DNA of 63,882 nucleotides, counting the filler, from Candidatus Woesearchaeota archaeon (GTDB taxonomy: Archaea; Nanobdellota; Nanobdellia; Woesearchaeales; BM511), in NCBI GenBank assembly GCA_023266675.1. It is 6 parts of 6 records of this genome, joined end to end, with 100 filler letters (N's around TTAATTAATTAA, not from the genome) between each part and the next. Parts side by side here need not be neighbours in the genome. Positions count along the whole stretch, not along the records: positions 21,314 to 42,290 come from JAHFPP010000018.1; 5 more parts are not named here. The stretch is one strand, 5' to 3'. A model generated the notes under the pieces. The model was not told the origin of the DNA. It did no database searches and saw only the letters and a list, made by a program, of their open reading frames with translations. Position numbers and translations under genes: made by a program. This document shows, one piece after another, positions 28,126 to 37,508 of this stretch; within the stretch, counting starts at the first letter, position 1; every line of letters begins with the position of its first letter.

Positions 28126-28707
28126 TCAGATTAAATTTATTATTGTCATAACTGTCCCTGCGACAAGAGGGATTAGGAGGTTGTCATCGATGAAGCTTGT
28201 TTCATCCCAGAATTCGAGTAGCATTGATATTGTTGCGCCAAAAAATGCAAGCGTGTATCCTACAAGGGGGATTACTACGATAAAAGAGAGAAGCGTGCCT
28301 GCTATAACTCCTTCTAGAAGTTTTGTTTTTGAGAGCTTTGTCTTTGTCTTCCCAAAATGCATCCCGATTATTGGAGAAACCGCGTCCCCAATTGAAAGTA
28401 TGAGTATTGATGCAACTGCGATATCCTTTGAAAAAAGAACCATTGACAGCAGTATTCCAAATATGAGAGTTAATGCGCCGTATCCAGGAAACTCTTTATC
28501 ACGTGATACAACATCCAGTATATCTGTGATAAGTGGAATTCTTTTTTTAGTTTTATGAATAAAAAACATCAATGATAATGAGATTATAAAAAAAATTGAA
28601 AGAGAAAGTGCAGATAGAAAACCAAAGTAGATTAATGCTGCAAATGCCGAGCCTATGAATAAATGCATGGACTTTCTTATTAGTTCTTTTTGTAAATCCG
28701 CTTCCAT
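28126..28707 (-). CDS. Polyprenol/dolichol kinase family (SEC59/DGK1/VTE5) membrane protein
   Basis: ELIRKSMH, LSIGDAVSPIIG, KLLEG, IDDNLLIP. Confidence 0.85.
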   Translation of the reverse strand: MEADLQKELIRKSMHLFIGSAFAALIYFGFLSALSLSIFFIISLSLMFFIHKTKKRIPLITDILDVVSRDKEFPGYGALTLIFGILLSMVLFSKDIAVASILILSIGDAVSPIIGMHFGKTKTKLSKTKLLEGVIAGTLLSFIVVIPLVGYTLAFFGATISMLLEFWDETSFIDDNLLIPLVAGTVMTIINLI

Positions 28708-28854
28708 TTTATGTTATGAGTAAGATTCTATTCATAAAGTTTTTTATATTGTTAAGGATTATAAAATAAAGCACCATACAAATAACTATTTAAAGAAATC
28801 CTTATTTTAAGATATAGAAGAAAAACAATAAAAAAAGCTATATAAAATTAAAAA

Positions 28855-30255
28855 ATGCAAAGAAATAAAATTAAAGAAAATATTGAAAGAATCGTTTCTG
28901 ACGTTGGAATAAAGACTTCAAGATACTGGAAAAATTTGTTATACAATATTCCAGAGCATGAGATTGGAGTTATAAAAGTAAGCGGGGATGTAATCTCGAC
29001 AAAAAATTTAAAACAGCTCTCAGCGGAAATAGGCTACCTTGGACGATGTTTTCCAAAAAACGACGGATTTTATCTTCCATTAATTATTGGCGGAGGAAAA
29101 TATTATTCTAAAATCACAGGAAAAACAAAGAAGGTGAACGGGTATAAAGTGATTTCGTCAGAATTAATTGAAAAAATTATTGACGACGCAAAAGAAAACT
29201 CGCTAAACGTTTCCAAAGAACTCAAAAAAGCAGGTATAAAATCTGTGATACTGCCGCTAGACACCATAAAAGTCATCCCTCACGGAGAAGAGACTGACGA
29301 CAATGGGAAAAATTATGACACAGAGTTTCTGGGCGACATAATAAATATTGATACAAAGCCTATAATTGAAGTGATATATCAGAATAAGATACCGATTATC
29401 ACTGCAATTGGAAAATACAATAATAATTTTTATAAGGTTGACGGGGACGACCTTGCAACTGAGCTTGCAAAGACGCTTAAGGCAAAGAAGCTAATAATAA
29501 TAGGCCAAACACCATTTGTTGATAAGGACGGAGAAATTGTTTCTGAAATCAATTCGGAATTTGAATTTAAGAAAATGATTCAAAAAGGAAAAATAAGGAA
29601 AAGCCTGATAAAAAAAGGACTTGACGCTTACGAGCTTCTTGATTATATGGGTCCTGGAAATTCTGTGCAGATAACATCATTGAAATATAAGAAGGGGCAG
29701 ATAAAGTCAACAGGGCTGATTGAAGAGCTTCTAGGCAACGGCAACGGCACAAAAATTAGCACACCATTTATAATAACGTCATATCCTCTTAAGGTTGTAG
29801 AGAAAAAAATGCTTAAAAAACTGATAAATGACATTTTTCATCCTCAAAGAAAAAGGATAGTGAAAGATTATTTCAAGAGAATATCAAAAAAATCACCAAC
29901 TGTTTATCTAGCAACCAAGAATGCCGGCGGCGCAATAAGCTATGCAATTGACGAATGCGAATATATATGCAAAATGTTCACGCATAAGGATTACGAAGGA
30001 ATAGGTATAGGTACAAGCATCATTGACACAATATATCTTCAGAAAGGGCCTGTTTCGTGGCGGACAAACATAAAAAATGAAGGTGCAATAATTTTTTATG
30101 ACAAGATAGAAGCGCACTATAAAGACCAGGGGATACCTACTGACTCAGAGAAAGTCGGGCAATACAAGGTCTACTCAATAGGCCTTGAAAAAAACAAAAG
30201 TGAAAAAGCAGCAAAGAAAATTGCTGAGATAGAATCAACGATAACATCGTTTTAA
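28855..30255 (+). CDS. Acetylglutamate-kinase-like amino-acid kinase fused to NAT/GNAT (DUF619-like) domain
   Basis: VIKVSG, IIGGG, GDIINID, KIPIITAIG, DGDDLATELAKTLKAKKLII; C-terminal YICKM..EGIGIG..SWRT. Confidence 0.75.
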   Translation: MQRNKIKENIERIVSDVGIKTSRYWKNLLYNIPEHEIGVIKVSGDVISTKNLKQLSAEIGYLGRCFPKNDGFYLPLIIGGGKYYSKITGKTKKVNGYKVISSELIEKIIDDAKENSLNVSKELKKAGIKSVILPLDTIKVIPHGEETDDNGKNYDTEFLGDIINIDTKPIIEVIYQNKIPIITAIGKYNNNFYKVDGDDLATELAKTLKAKKLIIIGQTPFVDKDGEIVSEINSEFEFKKMIQKGKIRKSLIKKGLDAYELLDYMGPGNSVQITSLKYKKGQIKSTGLIEELLGNGNGTKISTPFIITSYPLKVVEKKMLKKLINDIFHPQRKRIVKDYFKRISKKSPTVYLATKNAGGAISYAIDECEYICKMFTHKDYEGIGIGTSIIDTIYLQKGPVSWRTNIKNEGAIIFYDKIEAHYKDQGIPTDSEKVGQYKVYSIGLEKNKSEKAAKKIAEIESTITSF

Positions 30256-30326
30256 AAGTATTAATCCAAGTACTAAAGTTATATTTTAAATAAATATTTA
30301 TAAACACCATTTAATTCTTTAATATT

Positions 30327-30920
30327 ATGAGAATACTGCTTTTCACTGACACGCACTCAAGCAAGAGCCATATTGAAGCAGTTAAGAAAAAAGCGCTCAA
30401 TGCCGACTTGGTAATATGCCTTGGGGACTTCACGATGTTTCAGGCTTACATGAAATCGTTTTTAAGAGAAATCAACAGCATGGGAAAAACTGTTTTGATG
30501 ATACCAGGCAACCATGAAAGTGAGGATGAACTTAAAGATGCCTGCAAGGGACTAAAAAATATTTTTTATATCCACAAGAATCATTATGAAATGGATGGCT
30601 TGCTGTTTTTAGGATATGGTACAGGCGGTTTTGCATATGAGGATCTTGTTTTTGAGAATATTGCAAAAAAATGGGAGAAGATGATTAAGGGAAGGGACAA
30701 AGTGATTCTATTGACTCATCAGCCTCCGTATAACACCCTAATTGATGTTGTTGGGAAAAATCACGCTGGAAACATGTCATTTAGGAGATTTATAGATAAA
30801 TACAAGCCTGTGCTTGCAGCAAGCGGACACCTGCACGAGAATTTCTACAAAACGCAGAAAATTGGAAAAACAATCGTGCTAAATCCAGGCCCAAGCGGAC
30901 GAATAGTTATTATTAAATGA
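30327..30920 (+). CDS. Calcineurin-like metallophosphoesterase
   Basis: DTH, GDFT, PGNHE, THQPP, GHLHE, NPG. Confidence 0.92.
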   Translation: MRILLFTDTHSSKSHIEAVKKKALNADLVICLGDFTMFQAYMKSFLREINSMGKTVLMIPGNHESEDELKDACKGLKNIFYIHKNHYEMDGLLFLGYGTGGFAYEDLVFENIAKKWEKMIKGRDKVILLTHQPPYNTLIDVVGKNHAGNMSFRRFIDKYKPVLAASGHLHENFYKTQKIGKTIVLNPGPSGRIVIIK

Positions 30921-30982
30921 GAAACGTGTTGTAAAAAAATATTTACCAAAACTTTTTAAACTACTGAAGCAATAAAGTTTTT

Positions 30983-31486
30983 ATGGAACCGAATGATACG
31001 ATAGAAAAACTTGAAAAAAGCCAGGAATTTAAGAATTGGAAGAAAAGCAATAAAAAATCATACCTTGCAAACGTTTTTGCAATGACGGGAAAAGAAGATA
31101 TTTCTGAATGGCATATTGGCTACTACAAGGAAGATTCGGAGAGGATAGTCACATTTGTTGTTGGCGACAAAATAACACAGACTCCTGAGAGCGAAGTGTT
31201 TAGGGAAAGCGGAAAAGTGTCGCCGCTTGAGATTTCAAAAGTAAAAATTGATATTAATGATGCACTTGACAGCGCAGTAAAATTCCAGAACCAGAAGTAT
31301 CCCGGAAATTCTCCGCTAAAAAGGATTATACTTTTGCAAAACTCCGGAGAACACCACGTTTACAACATAACGTTTGTCACTCAGACATTCAAAACACTGA
31401 ACATCAAAGTATCGTCAAGCGACGGAAGAATAGTGTCTGACAAAATCCATTCGATATTTGATTTCAATGACAAAACCATTAATTAG
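30983..31486 (+). CDS. Conserved hypothetical protein (PepSY-like C-terminus)
   Basis: WHIGYY, IDINDAL, YNITFVT..NIKVSSSDGRIV. Confidence 0.65.
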   Translation: MEPNDTIEKLEKSQEFKNWKKSNKKSYLANVFAMTGKEDISEWHIGYYKEDSERIVTFVVGDKITQTPESEVFRESGKVSPLEISKVKIDINDALDSAVKFQNQKYPGNSPLKRIILLQNSGEHHVYNITFVTQTFKTLNIKVSSSDGRIVSDKIHSIFDFNDKTIN

Positions 31487-31646
31487 ATTCAAAGAATATT
31501 GTTGCAAAATATATACTGAAGTAACGATGTGTTTAAATATAAAATGAATTAATATTTTTTATCCATCTTTTGGAAAGGTTTGTGGGTGGGACTACAAAAC
31601 TTTATTTTTTGTCTATAAAATAGTTAAATCGTGTTGAGATGAAAAT

Positions 31647-32075
31647 ATGGAAGTGCAAATAGTCAAAATCGAGAAAGATCTGCCTACTCCATCATACGCT
31701 CATGAGGGTGACGCGGGTATGGACCTTTATTCTGCTGAATCTTACACATTAAAATCTGGCGAGTCAAAAGTTCTTTCTGCTGGAATCAAAGTCGCTGTTC
31801 CATTTGGATACGAGATGCAGGTTAGACCACGCTCTGGACTTGCTGCAAAGTTTGGCGTCACAGTTCTAAACACTCCAGGCACAATAGACCACCAATACAG
31901 AGGAGTGGTTGGCGTTATTCTAATCAATCACAGTAAAAATGATTACGAAGTTAAAAGGGGCGACAGAATTGCCCAGGCAGTTTTTTCAAAATTTGAGTCT
32001 GCAAAACTTAAGGAAGTAGATGACCTAGACGCGACTATTCGCGGCGAAGGTGGATTTGGTTCAACAGGAAAATAG
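31647..32075 (+). CDS. dut: dUTP diphosphatase (trimeric)
   Basis: AGMDL, RPRSGLA, GTIDHQYRG, GDRIAQ, RGEGGFGSTG. Confidence 0.97.
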   Translation: MEVQIVKIEKDLPTPSYAHEGDAGMDLYSAESYTLKSGESKVLSAGIKVAVPFGYEMQVRPRSGLAAKFGVTVLNTPGTIDHQYRGVVGVILINHSKNDYEVKRGDRIAQAVFSKFESAKLKEVDDLDATIRGEGGFGSTGK

Positions 32076-32106
32076 TTTTAAAGTAACAGAAACAAAAGAG
32101 GCCGCA

Positions 32107-32211
32107 ATGATACAGACACAAAACAACAAGATAAGCTATGACACAATAAGAAAGAACAGGACACTAAGCAATTTTTTAGAGACAAAAGAGGATGAACATG
32201 AGTCAGATTAA
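32107..32211 (+). CDS. Possible 34-aa small protein
   Basis: MIQTQNNKISYDTIRKNRTLSNFLETKEDEHESD; GAGG upstream; fills the gap between co-oriented genes. Confidence 0.35.
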   Translation: MIQTQNNKISYDTIRKNRTLSNFLETKEDEHESD

Positions 32212-32231
32212 AATTTTAAGAGGTTCAAAAC

Positions 32232-32969
32232 ATGCAAGTATATATGGGTGGAATAGTCCCTATATCTTTAGCAAGCTTGAAGACGAGTACATGCTTAGCA
32301 ATCTTCCTTGCGGGATGTGACTTTAAGTGCCCGTATTGCAATACGCCTGAAGTTTTGGATTTCAAAGCAGAGTACCTCATTGATATTCTTGAAGCAAAAA
32401 GAAGAATAAATGAAGCTCAAGGTTCTTATGACACCGTCATATTCACAGGCGGCGAACCAACTTTGCAACGTCAGGCGCTATTAAATCTTTCTCGCCACTG
32501 CAAACAAATCGGACTGAAAGTCGGGATCCAGACAAACGGCGCAAGACCCACAAGCATTCTTTCATTACTTCGCGAAAACATTCTTGATTTTATTGAAGTT
32601 GACTTGAAATCTCAGTTTGAAAATAATTTATTTGAAAAAACAACTCATTCAAAAAACTTTTTCAAACAAACGGATGGAATAATGAATGAGGTAAAGGAAA
32701 CGATAACCCTTCTAAAGAAAAATGAGAACAACTTAAAAATATTCTTTAAAACAACAATTGTACCAGGACTTATGGATAAAGAAAGCGATTTGATAGAGAT
32801 TGGAAAAACTATAGAGAACATAAAATGCGTCTGGATACTCCAAAAATTCAACCCTGAAAAAACGCTTGACAAGAAATATATGGAACTAAAAAATGAAGAA
32901 GGACATATTGAACGCCTGCGCGAAAAACTCTCAAAAAGATTTCAGAACATGCAGATAGATATAGGCTGA
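32232..32969 (+). CDS. Radical SAM activating enzyme (anaerobic RNR activase NrdG-like)
   Basis: FLAGCDFKCPYCNTP, FTGGEPTLQ, IQTNG, VDLK, TTIVP, LQKF. Confidence 0.88.
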   Translation: MQVYMGGIVPISLASLKTSTCLAIFLAGCDFKCPYCNTPEVLDFKAEYLIDILEAKRRINEAQGSYDTVIFTGGEPTLQRQALLNLSRHCKQIGLKVGIQTNGARPTSILSLLRENILDFIEVDLKSQFENNLFEKTTHSKNFFKQTDGIMNEVKETITLLKKNENNLKIFFKTTIVPGLMDKESDLIEIGKTIENIKCVWILQKFNPEKTLDKKYMELKNEEGHIERLREKLSKRFQNMQIDIG

Positions 32970-32998
32970 AAATAATTGTGGAATTATGATACTCCACA

Positions 32999-33251
32999 TT
33001 GGCTAATATGAAACCTTACGCTTGCATCTTATCCGCAAGCACTCGATATAAACATCAAGCTCGTCGCTGGGGGATGTCCCAAGAACTTTTAATAAAGTTC
33101 TATCAAAACAAGGCCTATTCAGTATTTTTGCTGAATAGCCCATCGGCGTCAACTGACGAAACGGTTGCGGGAACGCAGATCCTTCTCGCTAAAATCATAA
33201 TTCGCGAGGACCGATGCAAGCTAAAAAATCGGATGGTTTCATATTATCCAA
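32999..33251. other. 253-bp GC-richer, highly structured element: MITE or ncRNA
   Basis: 17-bp terminal inverted repeat (1 mismatch), CCACA direct repeats at 32994-32998 and 33252-33256, many internal hairpins. Confidence 0.65.
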
Positions 33252-33293
33252 CCACATGAAAAAGTATAAATATACAGCGCTAAACATAATATT

Positions 33294-34565
33294 ATGCAAA
33301 TTGATAATACTCTTCTAATCACGTTTGTCATAGCGATAACAATAGTCATACTCGGGTTTGTCTTAAGAGTATTAAACCAGCCGCATGTTGTAACCTATAT
33401 CATTGTCGGCGTTTTCATAGGCCCTTCAGTCATCGGACTCATTACTGACCCAACGTCACTAAGCAGCATCGGCTCAATAGGCCTTGTTCTATTGATGTTC
33501 TTTGTAGGAATGGAAATTTCAATTCCAAAGCTTGTTTCAAACTGGAAGATTGTGATAATCGGACCGATTCTTCAGATAGTATTGTCTTTTGGGATAATGT
33601 CCCTCATTGGAAAAATATATGGGTGGCCAATAGAAAAAGTTGTTCTTTTCGGATTCATAATTGCCTTAAGCAGCACAGCTGTGATAATAAAGATGCTTCA
33701 TGACTGGAAAGAGCTTCACACGCAGATAGGACAGAATATTGTTGGAATACTCATTGTCCAGGACATTGCTGTTGCGCCAATGCTGATATCGCTTGAGATA
33801 TTGAAAAACAAAGCAGAATCAAATGTGTATAATATTATTGGCGAATCAGTTTTTGGAGTGATGGCTATATTTCTTATATTTTACATAATTAAAAAAGAGA
33901 ATATTAAATTTCCGTTTGAAGATGAGATAAAGAATGACCCCGAATTATACATTTTTCTTGCGCTAATAATGTGTTTTGGCTTTGCGATACTTGCATCAGT
34001 ATTTGGGCTTTCAAGCGCGTTTGGAGCGTTTCTTGCAGGACTTTTAGTTTCTGAAGGGGAACATAAGTTTCATATTAAAAAGACGCTCGAACCATTTTAT
34101 TTAATATCGGTGGCGTTATTCTTTGTATCAATTGGACTACTACTAAACATCAGTTATGCGCTAGACAACATAAAAATAATCCTCATATTAACATTTATAG
34201 TATTTATAGTAGGCACAATACTCAACGCGGTTATATTAAGGCTTCTTGGAAGCAGTTTTCAGGAAAGCCTGTATGGCGGCGCATTATTATCTCAACTTGG
34301 AGAGTTCGGGTTTGTTTTGGCATCAATGGCTATAGGAATTGGATTAATAACAAAAAGTGACAATGCACTTTTAATTGCGTTAATAACGTGCACGCTTATC
34401 TTAAGCCCATTATGGATTAAAACTGTAAAAATGTTTATGAAGATAAACAAGCAGCACATATTTGAGATACCAAAAAAGATAACCATTGATAAAGTGAAGG
34501 ATATGTATCCTGACAATGAAAAAATAAAAGAGTTCTACAAAAAAATAACCAAGAAAGAACAATAA
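33294..34565 (+). CDS. Cation:proton antiporter (CPA2/KefB-like, no KTN domain)
   Basis: LMFFVGME, ALSSTAVI, GILIVQD, FGAFLAG, SQLGEFGFV. Confidence 0.92.
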   Translation: MQIDNTLLITFVIAITIVILGFVLRVLNQPHVVTYIIVGVFIGPSVIGLITDPTSLSSIGSIGLVLLMFFVGMEISIPKLVSNWKIVIIGPILQIVLSFGIMSLIGKIYGWPIEKVVLFGFIIALSSTAVIIKMLHDWKELHTQIGQNIVGILIVQDIAVAPMLISLEILKNKAESNVYNIIGESVFGVMAIFLIFYIIKKENIKFPFEDEIKNDPELYIFLALIMCFGFAILASVFGLSSAFGAFLAGLLVSEGEHKFHIKKTLEPFYLISVALFFVSIGLLLNISYALDNIKIILILTFIVFIVGTILNAVILRLLGSSFQESLYGGALLSQLGEFGFVLASMAIGIGLITKSDNALLIALITCTLILSPLWIKTVKMFMKINKQHIFEIPKKITIDKVKDMYPDNEKIKEFYKKITKKEQ

Positions 34566-34656
34566 CATTTAAGGAGGATATATATGTCCGATAATTATTT
34601 AAAGAATAGTTCTAATAAACCACTAGATAAAAAAGAGGATAAAATTAAAAAATAGC

Positions 34657-37287
34657 ATGGAACATGTAGGTTTAACTGAAAAAGAAGCAAAAGAAAAGCT
34701 TTTAAGATATGGATTTAACGAGATAGATTCTTCATCAAAAAACAGCGCATTTTCAATACTGAAAAGGCAAGTAATAAACAATTATGTAATTTATCTTTTG
34801 TCTGCAACATTCTTTATATCGCTTTTTCTTGGAAAAACAATAACATCACACGTCATACTGTTTGTCATATTTACAGTAATTGGTGTGAGCTTTGTACAGG
34901 AGTTCAAAGCAGAAAAATCCATAGAGGCGTTAAAACAGATGATAATGCCTGTGTCTATCGTTATGAGAGAAGGAAAAGAAAAAGAAATATATACAAAAGA
35001 GCTTGTGCCAGGTGACGTAATCCTTCTTAGGGTTGGCGAAAGAATACCTGCTGACTGCCTGACACTTGAACAAAAAGACCTCAAAGTCGATGAATCAATG
35101 CTTACTGGAGAATCCAAGGAGATAAGAAAAGAAGCCGCGGGTTCTTCTGAGAAATATTCTGAAGTGAATATCCTGTTTATGGGAACATTTGTGACTCAGG
35201 GAAAAGCATATGCAAAAGTTCTGCATACTGGGATGAACACAAAATTTGGGAAAATAGCAAAGATGATGTCCTCAGCAGAGAAGCAGCTTCCGCTTCAGGA
35301 GAAAGTAAATAAGCTAATTAATGTGATGGTGATATCTGCAATAATAGCTTCAGTTTTGACTGGAATTTTTATTTTACTTAGGAATATGCCATTCACGTAT
35401 TCAATGTTTCTTGAAACACTTATTATTGTTCTTGCTATATGCGTTGCTGCAATGCCTGAGGGTTTTCCTGTAGTACTTGTCACAGTACTTGCATCAGGCG
35501 CTCATCGCATGGCTAAAAAGAACGCAATAGTTGGAAGAATGTCAATAATAGAAACGCTTGGCGAAACAACAGTAATATGCTCTGACAAGACAGGAACAAT
35601 AACTACAGGCGAAATGACTGCAAAAAAAATAATACTTAACAATAGAACAATTGAAGTCAGCGGCGCAGGATATGAAGGGAATGGGACATTTATGGAAAAT
35701 GGAAAAATCATATCCCATCTAAAAGACAGGCAGCTAAATCTTATCTTAAAGGCGTCAGTGTTATGCAATGACTCGCGAATTGAAAGAAAAGGAACAGACA
35801 AAGAATACAATGTTTTTGGAAATTTTACAGAAGTGTCCTTGCTAGTTCTTGGGGCCAAAGCCGATATTTACAGAGAGGATTTTAAGTCAAAAAGAATTGA
35901 TGAAATACCATTTAGCTCTGAAAGAAAAATGATGTCTGTTCTTGTCAATGATAATGGATTTAAACATATATATTCAAAAGGCGCGCCATCAGTTCTCCTA
36001 AAAAAATGCACTCATATTCAAAAGGGAGAAAGAATTGTGAAATTGACAAAGAATGAAAGGGAGTTTATTGTTAAGGAAAATCTTGCTGCCACAAGCAGCG
36101 CATTTAGAACCATTGCTCTTGCATATAAAAAAACAGCATCAGCAAACTTAAAGACGTTTGAGGAAAATCTTGTATTTTTAGGAATAATCGCAATGGATGA
36201 CCCTCCGCGTGATGGAGTAAAAGAATCAATATTAACATGTGAGAGTGCAGGAATAAAAGTGAAAATGATAACTGGCGACTCTCGTCAGACTGCAAAAGCA
36301 ATTGCAAGTCAGATAGGATTATCATGTGAAACTCTTGACGGCGAAGAAATTGATAGGATGACTGATGATGAACTTTCAAAAGTTGTAAATAATGTAAGCA
36401 TATTTGCAAGAGTAAGACCAGAACATAAATTGAGGATTGTAAAAGCATTAAAGCAGAACAATGAAATTGTCACAATGACTGGAGACGGCGTCAATGACGC
36501 ACCCGCATTAAAAGAGGCGCACATAGGTGTTGCAATGGGTGCATCAGGAACAGATGCTTCAAGAGCTGCGTCAGACCTAATTTTAAAGGATAATCATTTT
36601 TCAACAATAGTTGACGCCATAAAAGAGGGAAGGACCATATTTGCAAACATACAGAAGTTTACAGCTTTTCAGGTATCAATAAACGTTGCTCAGGTTTCAA
36701 TACTTTTGTTATCCGCAATGTTTGGGTTTCCCCTTCCGCTTGTTGCAATACAAATCCTTTTGATGAATATAGTCTCTGATGAAATGATTGCGTTGACTCT
36801 TGCATTTAATTCATACTCAAAAGATGTCATGGCTGCAAAGCCAAGAAAGAAAAATAATATTATCAACAAGCCGCTTTTTGTTATGGTAATGGTATCTGGA
36901 ATAATTATGACCGCGGGCGCGCTTTTCACGTTCTTTTATGTTAACACAATAAAAGGGGAAAGTGAGCAGGTTGCAAGAACTGCTGTTTTTGTAATGATGA
37001 GCTTTTTTGCAATAACAAATGCATTCGTGTTCAGGTCATTTCGTAAACCTGTTTTTAGGCATAAAATAGCTGCAAACAAATATCTTATCTATGTTTCTAT
37101 ACTGGTATTAATAGGAACATTTGCAGCTGTTTATTCACCTTTAAACAGCGTGTTTGAAATGACAAGCATAAGCGGAAGTTACTGGCTTTTAGCTTTGGGA
37201 GTATCATTAATACTGATAATAATATTTGATATATTGAAGGTTATAAAAGGGAACAATATGTTTCTTGATATTAATGAGTTTCACTAA
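34657..37287 (+). CDS. Cation-transporting P-type ATPase (type II)
   Basis: DESMLTGES, PEG, DKTGT, KGAP, MITGD, TGDGVNDAPALK. Confidence 0.96.
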   Translation: MEHVGLTEKEAKEKLLRYGFNEIDSSSKNSAFSILKRQVINNYVIYLLSATFFISLFLGKTITSHVILFVIFTVIGVSFVQEFKAEKSIEALKQMIMPVSIVMREGKEKEIYTKELVPGDVILLRVGERIPADCLTLEQKDLKVDESMLTGESKEIRKEAAGSSEKYSEVNILFMGTFVTQGKAYAKVLHTGMNTKFGKIAKMMSSAEKQLPLQEKVNKLINVMVISAIIASVLTGIFILLRNMPFTYSMFLETLIIVLAICVAAMPEGFPVVLVTVLASGAHRMAKKNAIVGRMSIIETLGETTVICSDKTGTITTGEMTAKKIILNNRTIEVSGAGYEGNGTFMENGKIISHLKDRQLNLILKASVLCNDSRIERKGTDKEYNVFGNFTEVSLLVLGAKADIYREDFKSKRIDEIPFSSERKMMSVLVNDNGFKHIYSKGAPSVLLKKCTHIQKGERIVKLTKNEREFIVKENLAATSSAFRTIALAYKKTASANLKTFEENLVFLGIIAMDDPPRDGVKESILTCESAGIKVKMITGDSRQTAKAIASQIGLSCETLDGEEIDRMTDDELSKVVNNVSIFARVRPEHKLRIVKALKQNNEIVTMTGDGVNDAPALKEAHIGVAMGASGTDASRAASDLILKDNHFSTIVDAIKEGRTIFANIQKFTAFQVSINVAQVSILLLSAMFGFPLPLVAIQILLMNIVSDEMIALTLAFNSYSKDVMAAKPRKKNNIINKPLFVMVMVSGIIMTAGALFTFFYVNTIKGESEQVARTAVFVMMSFFAITNAFVFRSFRKPVFRHKIAANKYLIYVSILVLIGTFAAVYSPLNSVFEMTSISGSYWLLALGVSLILIIIFDILKVIKGNNMFLDINEFH

Positions 37288-37456
37288 CCTTTTAACCGGT
37301 TTTTAAAAAAAAGAAAAAACAAAAAGCACAAGAAAACAAAGTTTTCTGTGCGCAGAAAATGCGATTTTGCATTTTCTTGCGTTTGACCAAAACAGTTCGG
37401 ACTATTACTTTTTTGTGATAGTCCTTAGCCTCGCTGACAACTGGCGAAAGAGTTGT
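37287..37456 (-). repeat. Non-tRNA copy of the hairpin repeat family with the double-hairpin module in opposite relative orientation
   Basis: Reverse complement matches 847-967 (TCTTTCGC..AGCGAG..TAAGGACTAT..ATAGTCCGAACTGTTTT); module at 37327-37382. Confidence 0.8.
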
Positions 37457-37508
37457 TTTCATAACATATATAAATAATTAAGAAAAACTTAAGCTTTAAG
37501 GGTTAAAC

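Noticed and set aside
31555..31581. Possible degenerate copy of the repeat end motif (TTTTTATCCATCTTTTGGAAAGGTT)
   Set aside because: Too short and AT-rich to distinguish from chance; no hairpin module or duplication
32999..33259. 86-aa ORF from the track; also SRP RNA, RNase P RNA or c-di-AMP riboswitch assignments
   Set aside because: ORF has a TTG start, atypical codons and coincides with an inverted-repeat element; the CAGG/AGCA helix 8 and GAGGAAAGUCC/ACAGAA P4 motifs are absent and riboswitch similarity is only fragmentary
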